NCBI GenBank assembly: GCA_002493965.1
Contig: DLAP01000022.1
Location: 11,621 to 75,620, forward strand
Length of the DNA: 64,000 nucleotides
Direction: 5' to 3'
DNA from: Clostridiales bacterium UBA7044
Lineage (GTDB): Bacteria; Bacillota; Clostridia; Oscillospirales; Oscillospiraceae
The notes under the pieces were generated by a model, which was given only the letters and a program-made list of their open reading frames with translations, was not told the DNA's origin and searched no databases. A program made the position numbers and the translations under genes. This document shows positions 18,500 through 27,914 of this stretch, one piece after another. Each line of letters opens with the position of its first letter. The stretch's first letter is position 1.

Positions 18500-19465
18500 T
18501 CATATTTTCACGCCGGGGAAGTATTCTTCTGCGAAATCCACCTTCTGCACCTGAAAGGACTTCCCGTTCAGCCCATTCAGTTCTCCGGCGTCCGTGGTAA
18601 AGGTAAAGGTCAGCTTATAGGAATACAGCGCCTGATAATTCCGGTCAAAGCGCTTATCCAGCTTTCCATACTTCCCGTCCCCCAAAAGCGGATGCCCCGC
18701 ATGGGCAAACTGGGCCCGGATCTGGTGTGTCCGGCCGGTGATCAGCTCGCACTCCACCAGGCTTAGTCCGTTTCGGGAGGCCAAAACCCGGAAATTCGTC
18801 TGGCAGGTTTTAGAGCCTGGCTGGGGGGTATCGGTGACATAGACCCGATTCTGCTTGGCGTCCTTAAACAGATACCCTTTCAGCACCCCCTCCTTATGTC
18901 TGGGCGTTCCCTCCACAATAGCAAGATACCGCTTGTCGATCTCCCGGTCCCTGATCTTCTGATTCATCACCCGCAGGGCTTCCGCCGTCTTCGCCGCAAT
19001 GACAATCCCTCCGGTATTTCGGTCAATTCGGTTGCACAGGGCCGGGGTGAAGGAATTCTCCTCCCGTGGCCGCCATTCCCGCTTCTGATACAGGTAAGCC
19101 TGAATGTGGTCAATCAGGGTCCTTCCGTATTCCGCCCCGTCATGAGGATGAACGGCCAGTCCCGGCCGCTTGTCCACCAGCAGGATGTGTTCGTCCTCAT
19201 AGACAATGTTCAATTTTGGGGACGCCACCGTCAGGAAGGCGTTATCCTCCCGGGGCTTGTCGAAAAATTCGTCGTTGATGTATAACTGCAAGACGTCTCC
19301 GGCTTGCAGCCGGGTGTCCCGCTCCGCCCGCTTCCCGCCAACCTTGATCCGCTTGATGCGGATGTATTTCTGGGCCAGAGACGCCGGAAGCAGGGGCACC
19401 GCTTTTGCCAGGAACCGGTCCAGCCGCTGGCCCGCGTCGTTGGGTCCGATGGTCAATTCCTTCAT
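18500..19465 (-). CDS. RluA-family pseudouridine synthase with S4 domain
   Basis: QRLDRFL, NRIDRNTGG, TGRTHQIR, GDGKYG. Confidence 0.93.
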   Translation of the reverse strand: MKELTIGPNDAGQRLDRFLAKAVPLLPASLAQKYIRIKRIKVGGKRAERDTRLQAGDVLQLYINDEFFDKPREDNAFLTVASPKLNIVYEDEHILLVDKRPGLAVHPHDGAEYGRTLIDHIQAYLYQKREWRPREENSFTPALCNRIDRNTGGIVIAAKTAEALRVMNQKIRDREIDKRYLAIVEGTPRHKEGVLKGYLFKDAKQNRVYVTDTPQPGSKTCQTNFRVLASRNGLSLVECELITGRTHQIRAQFAHAGHPLLGDGKYGKLDKRFDRNYQALYSYKLTFTFTTDAGELNGLNGKSFQVQKVDFAEEYFPGVKI

Positions 19466-20409
19466 CGGTTCTTCCTCATGTTCTCGTCAAAGTGACGGTC
19501 GATCTGCTCCGTAAATTCAATGGCAGCGTTGTAGCCCATTTTTTTCTGGCGGTTATTCATGGCCGCCACCTCCAGGATCACGGCAAGGTTCCGTCCGGGG
19601 GTCAGCGGAATGGTGTACATGGGCACCTTCACACCCAAAATCTCTGTAAACTGATCCTCCAGGCCCAGCCGGTCATAAGCCTCCTGGGTGTTCCAGGGGA
19701 CGATATTCACCACCAGGTTTATGTCGTTGTCCTGCTTGACGGCGCCCATGCCATAGAGCTTTGCCACATTGATGATTCCGATGCCGCGGATTTCAATATA
19801 GTTGCGGATCAGCTCCGGCGCAGAACCCACCAGGGAGTTGGTAGATACCCGGCGAATCTCCACGGCATCGTCCGCAATGAGCCGGTGGCCCCGCTTCAAA
19901 AGCTCAACTGCCGCTTCACTTTTACCAACGCCGCTATCCCCCACCAGCAATATTCCTTCACCGTAAACTTCCACAAAAACCCCATGCCGGGTGATTCGGG
20001 GAGCCAGTGCTTCCTTCAGGTAAGTAATGATGGAGGAGACAATGGTGGAAGTCGCCTCCGGGGTCCGCAGGATTGTGATGTTGTGCTTTTTCGCCATGGT
20101 CAGCATTTCCGGGTGGGGCGGAATATCCCGGCTGATGATCAGAGCGGGAAACTTGTAAGCAAACAGCCGGTCAAAGATGGCCGTCCGGTCTATGGGGGAC
20201 ATCTTTGACACATAGCTCATCTCCACATTGCCCATGACCTGAAGACGCATAGGCTCGTAGTGGTCAAAATAACCCGCAAGCTGCAGACCCGGCCTTGCCA
20301 CATCCGGCACCGTGATCCGGATGGAAGAAAAGTCTGTGGAAGCATGGGCGATTTCCAGCGAAAATTCGTCCACCAAGGTCTTGAGCGGGACACTGTATGT
20401 ATCGATCAT
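19462..20409 (-). CDS. hprK: HPr kinase/phosphorylase
   Basis: RPGLQLAG, GDSGVGKSE, GHRLIADD, EIRGIGII, PGRN. Confidence 0.96.
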   Translation of the reverse strand: MIDTYSVPLKTLVDEFSLEIAHASTDFSSIRITVPDVARPGLQLAGYFDHYEPMRLQVMGNVEMSYVSKMSPIDRTAIFDRLFAYKFPALIISRDIPPHPEMLTMAKKHNITILRTPEATSTIVSSIITYLKEALAPRITRHGVFVEVYGEGILLVGDSGVGKSEAAVELLKRGHRLIADDAVEIRRVSTNSLVGSAPELIRNYIEIRGIGIINVAKLYGMGAVKQDNDINLVVNIVPWNTQEAYDRLGLEDQFTEILGVKVPMYTIPLTPGRNLAVILEVAAMNNRQKKMGYNAAIEFTEQIDRHFDENMRKNR

Positions 20410-20554
20410 CGGGCACACCCCTCAAACATAGGTTTTTCCCTCAGTTTCCCCAAGGGCAAAAAACGGTTTCCCAAAAGCTTTGGATTTATTATACCCAAGG
20501 GCGGCCGGAATATCAATAGATTTTGAAAAAGATAAAAAATTTTTGAAAAACCAC

Positions 20555-20583
20555 TTGCATTTTCCCGAAAAGTTTGGTATCAT
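20555..20583 (+). promoter_or_regulatory. SigA promoter of rpmB
   Basis: TTGCAT-N17-TATCAT with TG extension. Confidence 0.6.
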
Positions 20584-20645
20584 ATGTAAGCGCCTGTGAC
20601 AGGGCGTAGTTTGTTGAGTAAACATCCGATGGGAGGTGCAATAAA

Positions 20646-20834
20646 ATGGCTAAGTGCGATTTCTGTGGCAAGGGCGTCACCTTTGGTATTAAAGTCTCTC
20701 ACTCCCACAGACGTGCAAACCGCGCATGGAAGCCCAACGTCAAGCGCGTGAAGGCTGTCGTGAATGGAACTCCCTGCCATGTGTACGCTTGTACCAGATG
20801 CCTCCGTTCCAACAAGGTTCAGCGGGCTATCTGA
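20646..20834 (+). CDS. rpmB: 50S ribosomal protein L28 (Zn-binding C+ type)
   Basis: MAKCDFCGK..VSHSHRR..WKPNV..CTRC. Confidence 0.97.
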   Translation: MAKCDFCGKGVTFGIKVSHSHRRANRAWKPNVKRVKAVVNGTPCHVYACTRCLRSNKVQRAI

Positions 20835-20852
20835 TTTCTCTGGCTGATAATT

Positions 20853-20880
20853 ACGCCGCCGAATTTTCGGCGGCGTTTTT
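20853..20880. terminator. Terminator after rpmB
   Basis: ACGCCGCCGAA-TT-TTCGGCGGCGTTTTT. Confidence 0.8.
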
Positions 20881-20881
20881 A

Positions 20882-21817
20882 TTATGCTTTCGGATATTCC
20901 TCCACATCCAGGTCCTGGTAGGGATAAAGCCTAGTTCCTCCCTGGATGCTGCTGCGGTGGCTGTTTAATAGCCGCACAATGTCGTAGACATTGATCCAGA
21001 TTTCACTGTTGCATTCCTTCTGGCTTTCGTCAAACACCAGCTCCAGGCCGAAATGCAGGTGTACCGTCTCAATGTTGTTCACATTTTCCTTGTCGGAGTA
21101 GCCGGTTCTTCCCATATAGCCGATCAGGTCCCCCGCCTGGACGAGGTCTCCCTCCTGTAAACCTTCGGCAAAGGGCTTGTCCTTTTGCAGGTGGGCATAG
21201 TAATAGTAGCGCTTATTATCAAAGGAGCGGATGCCGACCCGCCAGCCGCCGTAGCGGTTCCACCCCAGGGCCTCCACAGTGCCGCCCTCCACCGCCACAA
21301 TGGGCGTGCCGAGGGAACCCATCAAGTCATTTCCCAAATGCTTTCGCTTAAAGCCAAAGGAACGGGCCACCCCGAAGTCGTCACAATGGCTGTAGCCGTA
21401 CCCGGCGGCAATGGGAGAAAAGGCTTTTAACCCATAGCTGGGCACCCACTGCCCATCCTTCTCAATGGCATAGCTTCCCACAAGGCCTCCCAAGGCGGCA
21501 TTGTAAGCCTCCCGGTAGTAGCCGAAGTATTTGTAGAGGCTCCCCAGGAGCTCCTCCACCGGCCTATCCCCCTTCAGATCCTTCAGGGCTTTTTTCACCG
21601 AAGGCAGGTCGCATTTTCCCCCGGTGCGGCAGGCGGCCAGGGCCAGGGTATCGATCCAGGAAATGTGCTTTTCCTGGTCAAAGGTCCTGATATCCTCATC
21701 CAGCGCATACTTTAAAGATTCATAAGGTACCGAAAAATCCACCCATCGGATGGTCTCCGCCCGCACCGGCAGCGCCAGGGTGGGCAGCAATATGGCCAGT
21801 ATCAGAAGCCGCTTCAT
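20882..21817 (-). CDS. Secreted M23-family metallopeptidase
   Basis: Signal peptide, HLGND (HxxxD), YYAHL, HLH. Confidence 0.88.
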   Translation of the reverse strand: MKRLLILAILLPTLALPVRAETIRWVDFSVPYESLKYALDEDIRTFDQEKHISWIDTLALAACRTGGKCDLPSVKKALKDLKGDRPVEELLGSLYKYFGYYREAYNAALGGLVGSYAIEKDGQWVPSYGLKAFSPIAAGYGYSHCDDFGVARSFGFKRKHLGNDLMGSLGTPIVAVEGGTVEALGWNRYGGWRVGIRSFDNKRYYYYAHLQKDKPFAEGLQEGDLVQAGDLIGYMGRTGYSDKENVNNIETVHLHFGLELVFDESQKECNSEIWINVYDIVRLLNSHRSSIQGGTRLYPYQDLDVEEYPKA

Positions 21818-21908
21818 ATCCCTCACCTCTTAAGGTAGGATGTGAAACGGCTTCCTATTTATCCATGTAAAATTCTGTTTATGCTTTCTTCACGGCTTCG
21901 CCCGTTTT

Positions 21909-22238
21909 TTACTCTGTTTCTTCCTGGAGTTGATCCCCAAAAAGAATCATCAAATGGTCCCTGCGGCCATAAAGAATGCGGTCAATACAGGCACATGCAT
22001 CGGAAAGGTGATAGAAAATCAAATAATTCCCACATACCAGATAGCGATACAAAATGTGTGGCTCTGTATGATCCAGCGGCATGCCGGATTCCGGGAATTT
22101 CTCCAGAATCCCCATCGTATCGCGGAGTTCACCAAACGTCCTTCGAGCCGCATCCTTATTGTGAAGCGTAAATGCAATGTAATCGCCAATCTGAGCAAGG
22201 TCACAGCCTGCCTCCGGGGATAGCACAATTTTAATCAT
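21909..22238 (-). CDS. RelE/ParE-family toxin
   Basis: SPEAxxDL..I.DYIA, L..FPESG, YRYLVCGNYLIFY, RILYGRRD. Confidence 0.88.
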   Translation of the reverse strand: MIKIVLSPEAGCDLAQIGDYIAFTLHNKDAARRTFGELRDTMGILEKFPESGMPLDHTEPHILYRYLVCGNYLIFYHLSDACACIDRILYGRRDHLMILFGDQLQEETE

Positions 22239-22497
22239 GATATCTTGCTTCCAGCTCTTTCAGCACATCGTCCAGCAGTGCATAACCGCTTTCTTCACCG
22301 GATCGACGACCTTTTTCCAGTTCCTCCAGCAGCTTTTGTCGGGCAAGGAGTATTTCATACTGCCGGTATTCCTCCATGTCCAGGACAGCATACCGGCCAT
22401 GTCCGTTTTTCGTCAAAAAGACAGGCTGGCCAACCGCCACATCCCGAAGTACCTCACCGTAATTGCGAAGATCAGAAACAGGTTTGATGTTCGGCAT
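22231..22497 (-). CDS. Phd/YefM-family antitoxin
   Basis: IKPVSDLRN..V..PVFLTKNG; overlaps toxin start. Confidence 0.9.
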   Translation of the reverse strand: MPNIKPVSDLRNYGEVLRDVAVGQPVFLTKNGHGRYAVLDMEEYRQYEILLARQKLLEELEKGRRSGEESGYALLDDVLKELEARYHD

Positions 22498-22520
22498 ATC
22501 ATTGCCCCCTTTCTGATTCT

Positions 22521-22564
22521 AGTATACACCGTTTCTTCGTAAAAATCAACGATAGATTTTACGA
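22521..22564 (-). promoter_or_regulatory. TA promoter with operator palindrome
   Basis: TTGATT-N16-TATACT (minus); inverted repeat TCGTAAAAATC..GATTTTACGA. Confidence 0.55.
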
Positions 22565-22595
22565 AATATTTTCGATTAAATATATGGTAAATCCA

Positions 22596-23564
22596 TTATT
22601 TCAAATCCCGCACCACATCCTTCGCCACCCGGTAGATATCCTCCATGGTGGTCAGGGACGTGATCTGATTCTTATAATACCCGCTGTGGGGCACCCCCCG
22701 GAGATACCAGGCAAAATGCTTTCTTGCCTCCAAACAGGCAATATGCTCCCCGTGATCCTCTTCTGCCAGCCGGAACTGCTTTAGCGCCACCTCCACCCGA
22801 TCCTTCAGGCAGGGCCGTGTGAATCCTTCTTCCCCGTTCAGTGCCGCCCGCACCTCCGAAAAAATCCAGGGATCCCCAAAGGTGCTTCTCCCAATCATCA
22901 GTCCGTCAGCCCCGGTACGCTTCTGACAGCGAACAGCCGCCGCCCCATCGGTAATATCCCCGTTGGCGATTACGGGGATCGTAACCTGCTCCTTGACCTT
23001 GTGGATGGTGTCCCAGTCCGCCACACCGGAATAGAGCATAGCCCGGGTGCGGCCATGCACGGCCACCATGGCCGCGCCGCTGTCCTCCATCCGCCGGGTA
23101 AACTCCAGCACGTTAATACTGCCCTTGTCCCAGCCCAAGCGGCATTTCACGGTGACAGGCACGTCCACCGCCTTGACTACCGCTTCCACGATCTTCCCCG
23201 CCAAAACCGGCGTACGCATCAGGCCGCAGCCGTCGCCGGAGCCGGCAATTTTCGGCATGGGACAGCCCATGTTGATGTCCAGGAAATCACAGTCGGAGAT
23301 TTCCAGAGCCAGCCGGGCGCCCTCTGCCATTACTTCCGGGTCATTTCCGAAGATCTGGGCGCCGCAAAGGCTTCCCTCATTCTTCCTGAGAAGTCTGGCG
23401 CTTTTCTGATCCTTGTATACCAGCGCCCGGGAGGAAACCATCTCTGTAACCGTCACGTCCGCCCCCAGCTGGGCGCAAATGGTACGAAAGGCCCAGTCCG
23501 TGACACCCGCCATAGGGGCGAGAAACAGAGGGTCATCTCTCAGTGTTAAGCTTCCGATCTTCAT
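22596..23564 (-). CDS. dusB: tRNA dihydrouridine synthase
   Basis: LAPMAGVTD, DINMGCP, VHGRTR, IANGDI, MIGR. Confidence 0.95.
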   Translation of the reverse strand: MKIGSLTLRDDPLFLAPMAGVTDWAFRTICAQLGADVTVTEMVSSRALVYKDQKSARLLRKNEGSLCGAQIFGNDPEVMAEGARLALEISDCDFLDINMGCPMPKIAGSGDGCGLMRTPVLAGKIVEAVVKAVDVPVTVKCRLGWDKGSINVLEFTRRMEDSGAAMVAVHGRTRAMLYSGVADWDTIHKVKEQVTIPVIANGDITDGAAAVRCQKRTGADGLMIGRSTFGDPWIFSEVRAALNGEEGFTRPCLKDRVEVALKQFRLAEEDHGEHIACLEARKHFAWYLRGVPHSGYYKNQITSLTTMEDIYRVAKDVVRDLK

Positions 23565-23616
23565 AGGTTTCTCTCTTTCTTTCCTGCATTACGGACATTA
23601 TACTATAGATGCTGCC

Positions 23617-23871
23617 TCAAATCAAGACCGTGGCCAGCCATACAAGTCCCGTCAGCAGCGCCCCGCCGATGGCCCAGACAGCGCCGTAGAGGTATAGAGG
23701 TTTTCTTTTCCGGTTGGCTCCCCGAATCACCGACTGGGCTTCTTTCAGCAGGACCTCATCGGTAACGCCCTCCCCTACGGCATCCTCCTTCAAAATGAAA
23801 ATAGCCTGTTCAAACAGCTTCGGGTCCGGTGCCTGGACCACGATCACCTGTCTGGAAATGCCTTTTACCAT
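23617..23871 (-). CDS. Small hypothetical protein with C-terminal TM helix
   Basis: AAGGAGG RBS; MVKGISRQVIVV..FEQAIFIL. Confidence 0.8.
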   Translation of the reverse strand: MVKGISRQVIVVQAPDPKLFEQAIFILKEDAVGEGVTDEVLLKEAQSVIRGANRKRKPLYLYGAVWAIGGALLTGLVWLATVLI

Positions 23872-23894
23872 AATTTACCGCCTCCTTATGGGGG

Positions 23895-23923
23895 AGTTTT
23901 CCCACAGGGAGGACGGTTTATAC
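23895..23923 (-). promoter_or_regulatory. Candidate forespore sigma-F promoter
   Basis: GTATA-N15-GGGAAAACT matches the B. subtilis SigF consensus and spacing. Confidence 0.55.
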
Positions 23924-23957
23924 AAAAACTGCGGGAGCCTCAGCCCCCGCAGTTTTT
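23924..23957. terminator. Terminator of the ECF operon
   Basis: AAAAACTGCGGG..CCCGCAGTTTTT. Confidence 0.75.
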
Positions 23958-23958
23958 G

Positions 23959-25140
23959 TTACAACACATAGTCTCCTACATAGATGGTCTTGGTATCCGG
24001 AAGTCCTTTGGCTTCATCCGTCTCATCCGTACCAATCTTCATCACGTCTTCGGAGATCATGCTCACAGCCCCTTCCTGTTCCGAGCTGCATACCACCTTC
24101 GAGCAGTCGCATATGGTCAGCTTTTCCAAAATCATCTCACGGGGAATATCCTCGTCCAAGCATACTTTCATACAGTCCTCTACATGAAGCGGCCCCTGTT
24201 CCAGCATCCACTTGGTGATTTTCAGCAAGGGCTTATCCTCTACACACCGCTCAGCGCCTGTTTTTCCGCCCATGGTCTTGATGTCGCCGCTGATCTCCGC
24301 CTTCTCCAGCAGCAGATCCTTCCAGTCTTCCCAGACCTTCACGTCGCCGTCTACCCGCAGATACTCCAGGCTCTCCAGGGCCTTGCCCCCATTCTTGGGA
24401 ACCTCCAGATCGCCGATGATAAACAGCTTGTTGCCATACCGTTTCAGCGCACTGCCGCTCAGCTCCACATCGTCCAGGATCACCCGGGTACCCTGGGGCA
24501 CAATAATCAGCTCCGCCTCTTCGTCAATGGTCTCCAACAGGCTTTCCACCTTGTCCTCCGCCAGAATCACTTCCTTGCTGGAGAAGGTGGCCCCCTTGTC
24601 TGCCAGAACACGTCCGTCCAACTGCGGATCTACAATCACCATCCGTCTGGCAGACCAGTACAGCTTCTCCTTAGCCCGCAGAACAAAGGTGCGGTCGATC
24701 ACCGCGTTGCGCTTCAGCACCACCGCCCTATCCGGGTAGTAGGTCATAGCACCGTTCACCTTCATTTTTCCCAGATACACGCTCATGCTTTCCGGACACT
24801 GCACCTCGCCATTGACAGCGATTCCCTCATACCGCTCCAAAATGTTTTCTGTTCCAGCGTCAATTTGAAGCGTGCCGTTTACATGCAAAAAGGTCTTGCC
24901 GGGCACCGCGTCCGTTGCCTTGATCCGGGCCTTGCCGTTCACGCTGCTCAGATATACGTCTTTTCCCATCTCCACCACGTTTCCACAGTTCAGATTCACC
25001 GCGTACCGATTCAGCAGATTCTTCGACTCCGGCGTCACAAACACCGTGCCGCAATTGATCGTGATCTGCTCATAGGCAGTGAGCGTCTCTTCCGTTGCGC
25101 TGCGGGCATCACAGTTGCCACAATTAACCATCAATTTCAT
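23959..25140 (-). CDS. Hypothetical soluble protein, beta-strand repeat-rich
   Basis: GGAGGT RBS; repeated (I/L)NCG and VNG units; no TM segment; directly follows ECF sigma. Confidence 0.8.
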   Translation of the reverse strand: MKLMVNCGNCDARSATEETLTAYEQITINCGTVFVTPESKNLLNRYAVNLNCGNVVEMGKDVYLSSVNGKARIKATDAVPGKTFLHVNGTLQIDAGTENILERYEGIAVNGEVQCPESMSVYLGKMKVNGAMTYYPDRAVVLKRNAVIDRTFVLRAKEKLYWSARRMVIVDPQLDGRVLADKGATFSSKEVILAEDKVESLLETIDEEAELIIVPQGTRVILDDVELSGSALKRYGNKLFIIGDLEVPKNGGKALESLEYLRVDGDVKVWEDWKDLLLEKAEISGDIKTMGGKTGAERCVEDKPLLKITKWMLEQGPLHVEDCMKVCLDEDIPREMILEKLTICDCSKVVCSSEQEGAVSMISEDVMKIGTDETDEAKGLPDTKTIYVGDYVL

Positions 25141-25162
25141 ATTTATTACCTCCAAAATTAGT

Positions 25163-25624
25163 TTATTCCAGCATTTCTTTCAAAAGTTTGCGCATTCGGG
25201 ACAGCCGTGCCCGAATGGTACCCTTGGGGATGCCGAACATTTTCGACAGTTCCGAGGCGTTGTACCCTTCCTCATAGCGCAGGTGAAACAGTGTCCGATC
25301 CTCCTGGCTCAGCTGGGACAGCAGGATTCTGTTTTCCGTCTCCTGGATTCCCGGTTCCCAGTAGACTCCATCCTCCGGCAGGGATTCCACGTAGGCGTTT
25401 TCCAGCTGCTTCCGGCGGTAGCGGTCGCACATCTCATTTTTCAGACTCCGAAACAGCCAGGCCCGCCTCTGACTGGGACCAAGGTCTAAGAAGCTGTCCC
25501 CCTTTTGCAGGGCCTTCAGGAACACCTCCTGAACCAGATCCTCCGCCTCCGCCTGGCTTTTGCAGGCCCCACAGGCGTAGCGGAGCAGCTCCTGATAATG
25601 GGCTTTATAAAGCTTCTCCCACAT
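25163..25624 (-). CDS. ECF RNA polymerase sigma factor
   Basis: AEDLVQEVFLKA, AWLFR, region-4 HTH GTIRARLSR; start re-called at MWEKLY. Confidence 0.92.
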   Translation of the reverse strand: MWEKLYKAHYQELLRYACGACKSQAEAEDLVQEVFLKALQKGDSFLDLGPSQRRAWLFRSLKNEMCDRYRRKQLENAYVESLPEDGVYWEPGIQETENRILLSQLSQEDRTLFHLRYEEGYNASELSKMFGIPKGTIRARLSRMRKLLKEMLE

Positions 25625-25646
25625 GCTCTCCCCCCTTCTGATCGGA

Positions 25647-25674
25647 TAACGAACAAGACGCTCTAAGTGTTGCG
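25647..25674 (-). promoter_or_regulatory. ECF-type promoter P2 (before the sigma gene)
   Basis: CGCAAC-N17-CGTTA. Confidence 0.65.
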
Positions 25675-25676
25675 GC

Positions 25677-25769
25677 TCACCAGATTTTTTCCAGCCATTT
25701 CCCCGCTTCCCAGGCATCCCGGTATACCATCGCCGTTTCCTCCAAGATTCTGTCCCAGATACTATGCAT
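25677..25769 (-). CDS. 30-aa Trp-rich peptide
   Basis: AAAGGGGG RBS; MHSIWDRILEETAMVYRDAWEAGKWLEKIW*; preceded by an ECF promoter. Confidence 0.55.
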   Translation of the reverse strand: MHSIWDRILEETAMVYRDAWEAGKWLEKIW

Positions 25770-25795
25770 AAGGCATTGCCCCCTTTCTAACTTGA

Positions 25796-25823
25796 TAACG
25801 AAGAAAGAGGGCAAAGTGTTGCA
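25796..25823 (-). promoter_or_regulatory. ECF-type promoter P1 (before the peptide)
   Basis: TGCAAC-N17-CGTTA. Confidence 0.65.
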
Positions 25824-25835
25824 GTTCTAAAAAAT

Positions 25836-26576
25836 TTATTCCTCATCCTTGGGCCGCTTATATCGGCCGTGAGGCTCCCACTCCGGCAGAGGGTAACGCT
25901 GCATAGCGCCGAAGATTCGTTCCTTCAAATCCGGATAGGTTTGGCTCAGCTCAAAGATCAGGTTTTTCACCTCTTCCCGCTTGGTGGTCTTATCCACCGG
26001 ACAGCGGTTGGCGAGCACTGGCAGTTCCATTCTTTGGGCAAAATGGTCAATGGTTTTTTCGTGAATGTAGAGCATAGGACGGATCTGAACGATCCCCGTC
26101 CGGTCCAGGTTCGTCACAGGCTGGAAGCAGCTGATCCGCCCCTCAAACAGCAGGCTCATCAGAAAAGTCTCCACGGCGTCGTCATAGTGGTGCCCCAGGG
26201 CCAGTTTGTTGAAGCCTTTGGCGAGAATCGCCTGATTCAGCGCCCCCCGGCGCATTTTCGCACACATGGAACAGGGATTTTTCTCCTTCCGGTGATCGAA
26301 AATGATAGGCGCGATTTCCGTCTTGACCACAGTATAGGGTACGTTGATTCGTTTACAAAGTCCTTCGATGGCGCTGTAATCCATGTGAAGTCCCATGTCA
26401 ATGGTGATCGCCTCCAGCTGAAAAGACTTATCAAAATACTCTCGCAGCCCCGCCATCAAGGCGAGCAGCGCCAGAGAATCCTTCCCTCCGGAGACGCCTA
26501 CCGCGATCCGATCCCCTTCTTCGATCATATTATAATCGTCCACACACCGGCGAACCAGGCCCATCAGCTTCTGCAT
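25836..26576 (-). CDS. ttcA: tRNA 2-thiocytidine biosynthesis TtcA-family protein
   Basis: SGGKDS PP-loop, CSMC, GHHYDD, IRPM; start re-called at MQKLMG with AGGAGG RBS. Confidence 0.88.
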   Translation of the reverse strand: MQKLMGLVRRCVDDYNMIEEGDRIAVGVSGGKDSLALLALMAGLREYFDKSFQLEAITIDMGLHMDYSAIEGLCKRINVPYTVVKTEIAPIIFDHRKEKNPCSMCAKMRRGALNQAILAKGFNKLALGHHYDDAVETFLMSLLFEGRISCFQPVTNLDRTGIVQIRPMLYIHEKTIDHFAQRMELPVLANRCPVDKTTKREEVKNLIFELSQTYPDLKERIFGAMQRYPLPEWEPHGRYKRPKDEE

Positions 26577-26693
26577 AGGGTATTTCCTCCTAAAGAAACG
26601 TAAATAAGATGTGAGAATTTGGGAGCATTCAGGAGCATTTTCAAGAATTCGTGAGATTCTTTCAGGTTTCGCAAAAATTATCGAAGAAAGCCC

Positions 26694-26722
26694 TTGACTT
26701 TCGGTCCCGAATATGGTATAAA
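26694..26722 (+). promoter_or_regulatory. SigA promoter of rplM-rpsI
   Basis: TTGACT-N17-TATAAA with TG extension. Confidence 0.75.
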
Positions 26723-26802
26723 ATTCAAGCGTTCGGAACTCATTGTACCCGAAACACCTGAAAATGTCAAAATTTTTTAATCCAAAACTGGAGGAAACCA
26801 TA

Positions 26803-27234
26803 ATGAGCACTACTCTGCTGAAAAAGGAGACCCTGGAGCGCAAGTGGTTTGTCATCGACGCTGCCGGTAAGCCCCTGGGCCGTACCGCTGTCGTGGCTGC
26901 CAACCTGCTGCGGGGCAAGCACAAATCCGACTTCACCCCCAACGTGGACTGCGGCGACAATGTCATCATCATCAACACCGACAAGGCTGTCTTCACCGGC
27001 AAGAAGCTGGATGAGAAGAAGTACTACCGGGTGTCCGGCTGGATCGGCGGTCTGAAGGAAACCAAGGCCCGTGACATGATGGCTGCCCGTTCCGACTACG
27101 CCATGGAGTTGGCCGTGAAGGGTATGCTGCCCAAGAACACCCTGGGCAAGAATGCCCTGACCCGGCTGCACCTGTACAAGGGCGCCGAGCATCCCCACGC
27201 CGCCCAGAAGCCTGAGCTCTGGAACCAGGACTAA
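26803..27234 (+). CDS. rplM: 50S ribosomal protein L13
   Basis: WFVIDA..LGR..LRGKHK..TPNVDCGD..GMLPKN. Confidence 0.98.
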   Translation: MSTTLLKKETLERKWFVIDAAGKPLGRTAVVAANLLRGKHKSDFTPNVDCGDNVIIINTDKAVFTGKKLDEKKYYRVSGWIGGLKETKARDMMAARSDYAMELAVKGMLPKNTLGKNALTRLHLYKGAEHPHAAQKPELWNQD

Positions 27235-27251
27235 TTTGGAGGTAACTTAGA

Positions 27252-27656
27252 ATGTACGAGAGCAAGAAGAAATATTTTTACGGCACCGGCCGTCGTAAGT
27301 CCTCCGTTGCCCGTGTCCGTGTTTACGAGAACGGCACCGGCTCCATCATCATCAATGGCCGTGACATTGACGATTACTTCGGTCTGGAGACCCTGAAGCT
27401 GATCGTCCGTCAGCCCCTGGTCACCACCGATATGCTGGGCAAGGTTGACATTGTTGTATCTGTTGCCGGCGGCGGTGTTTCCGGTCAGGCCGGCGCTATC
27501 CGCCATGGCATCTCCCGGGCTTTGGTCACTCTGAACCCCGAGAACCGTCCCGCTCTGAAGGCCGCCGGTTTCATGACCCGCGACCCCAGAATGAAGGAGA
27601 GAAAGAAGTACGGCCTCAAGGCTGCCCGTCGCGCTCCGCAGTTCAGCAAGCGCTGA
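27252..27656 (+). CDS. rpsI: 30S ribosomal protein S9
   Basis: [34 protein letters not shown]. Confidence 0.98.
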   Translation: MYESKKKYFYGTGRRKSSVARVRVYENGTGSIIINGRDIDDYFGLETLKLIVRQPLVTTDMLGKVDIVVSVAGGGVSGQAGAIRHGISRALVTLNPENRPALKAAGFMTRDPRMKERKKYGLKAARRAPQFSKR

Positions 27657-27675
27657 TTTCAGTTCAAAACAGCTC

Positions 27676-27716
27676 AAAAACCCCGAAACCATGCGGTTTT
27701 CGGGGTTTTTCCTTTT
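27676..27716 (+). terminator. Terminator after rpsI
   Basis: AAAAACCCCGAAACC-ATGC-GGTTTTCGGGGTTTTT. Confidence 0.75.
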
Positions 27717-27768
27717 CAGATTGTTTGGCCTGTTTTGGCATGGTCTGACCTGTTTTGAACCGATTTTT

Positions 27769-27831
27769 ATGGGTTAAATAAAGGACAACCACCCCTAAAA
27801 TGAGGGCCAATGGGTTAAATTATAGGACAAC
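27769..27831. repeat. Direct repeat pair, candidate integrase arm-type sites
   Basis: ATGGGTTAAATAAAGGACAAC (27769-27789) and ATGGGTTAAATTATAGGACAAC (27810-27831). Confidence 0.6.
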
Positions 27832-27914
27832 TTTTTTGCCCCTGCACCCTCCCATGAGGTCATTTTTGCATTTTTGCCCCTCCGAATTTTTATGCAAAAT
27901 CGGTTTGGCAGAGT

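Noticed and set aside
21818..21890. Sporulation-sigma promoter for the M23 peptidase (GGATA-N17-CATCCTA on the minus strand)
   Set aside because: Match is partial and ambiguous between SigE, SigF and SigG; not strong enough to call
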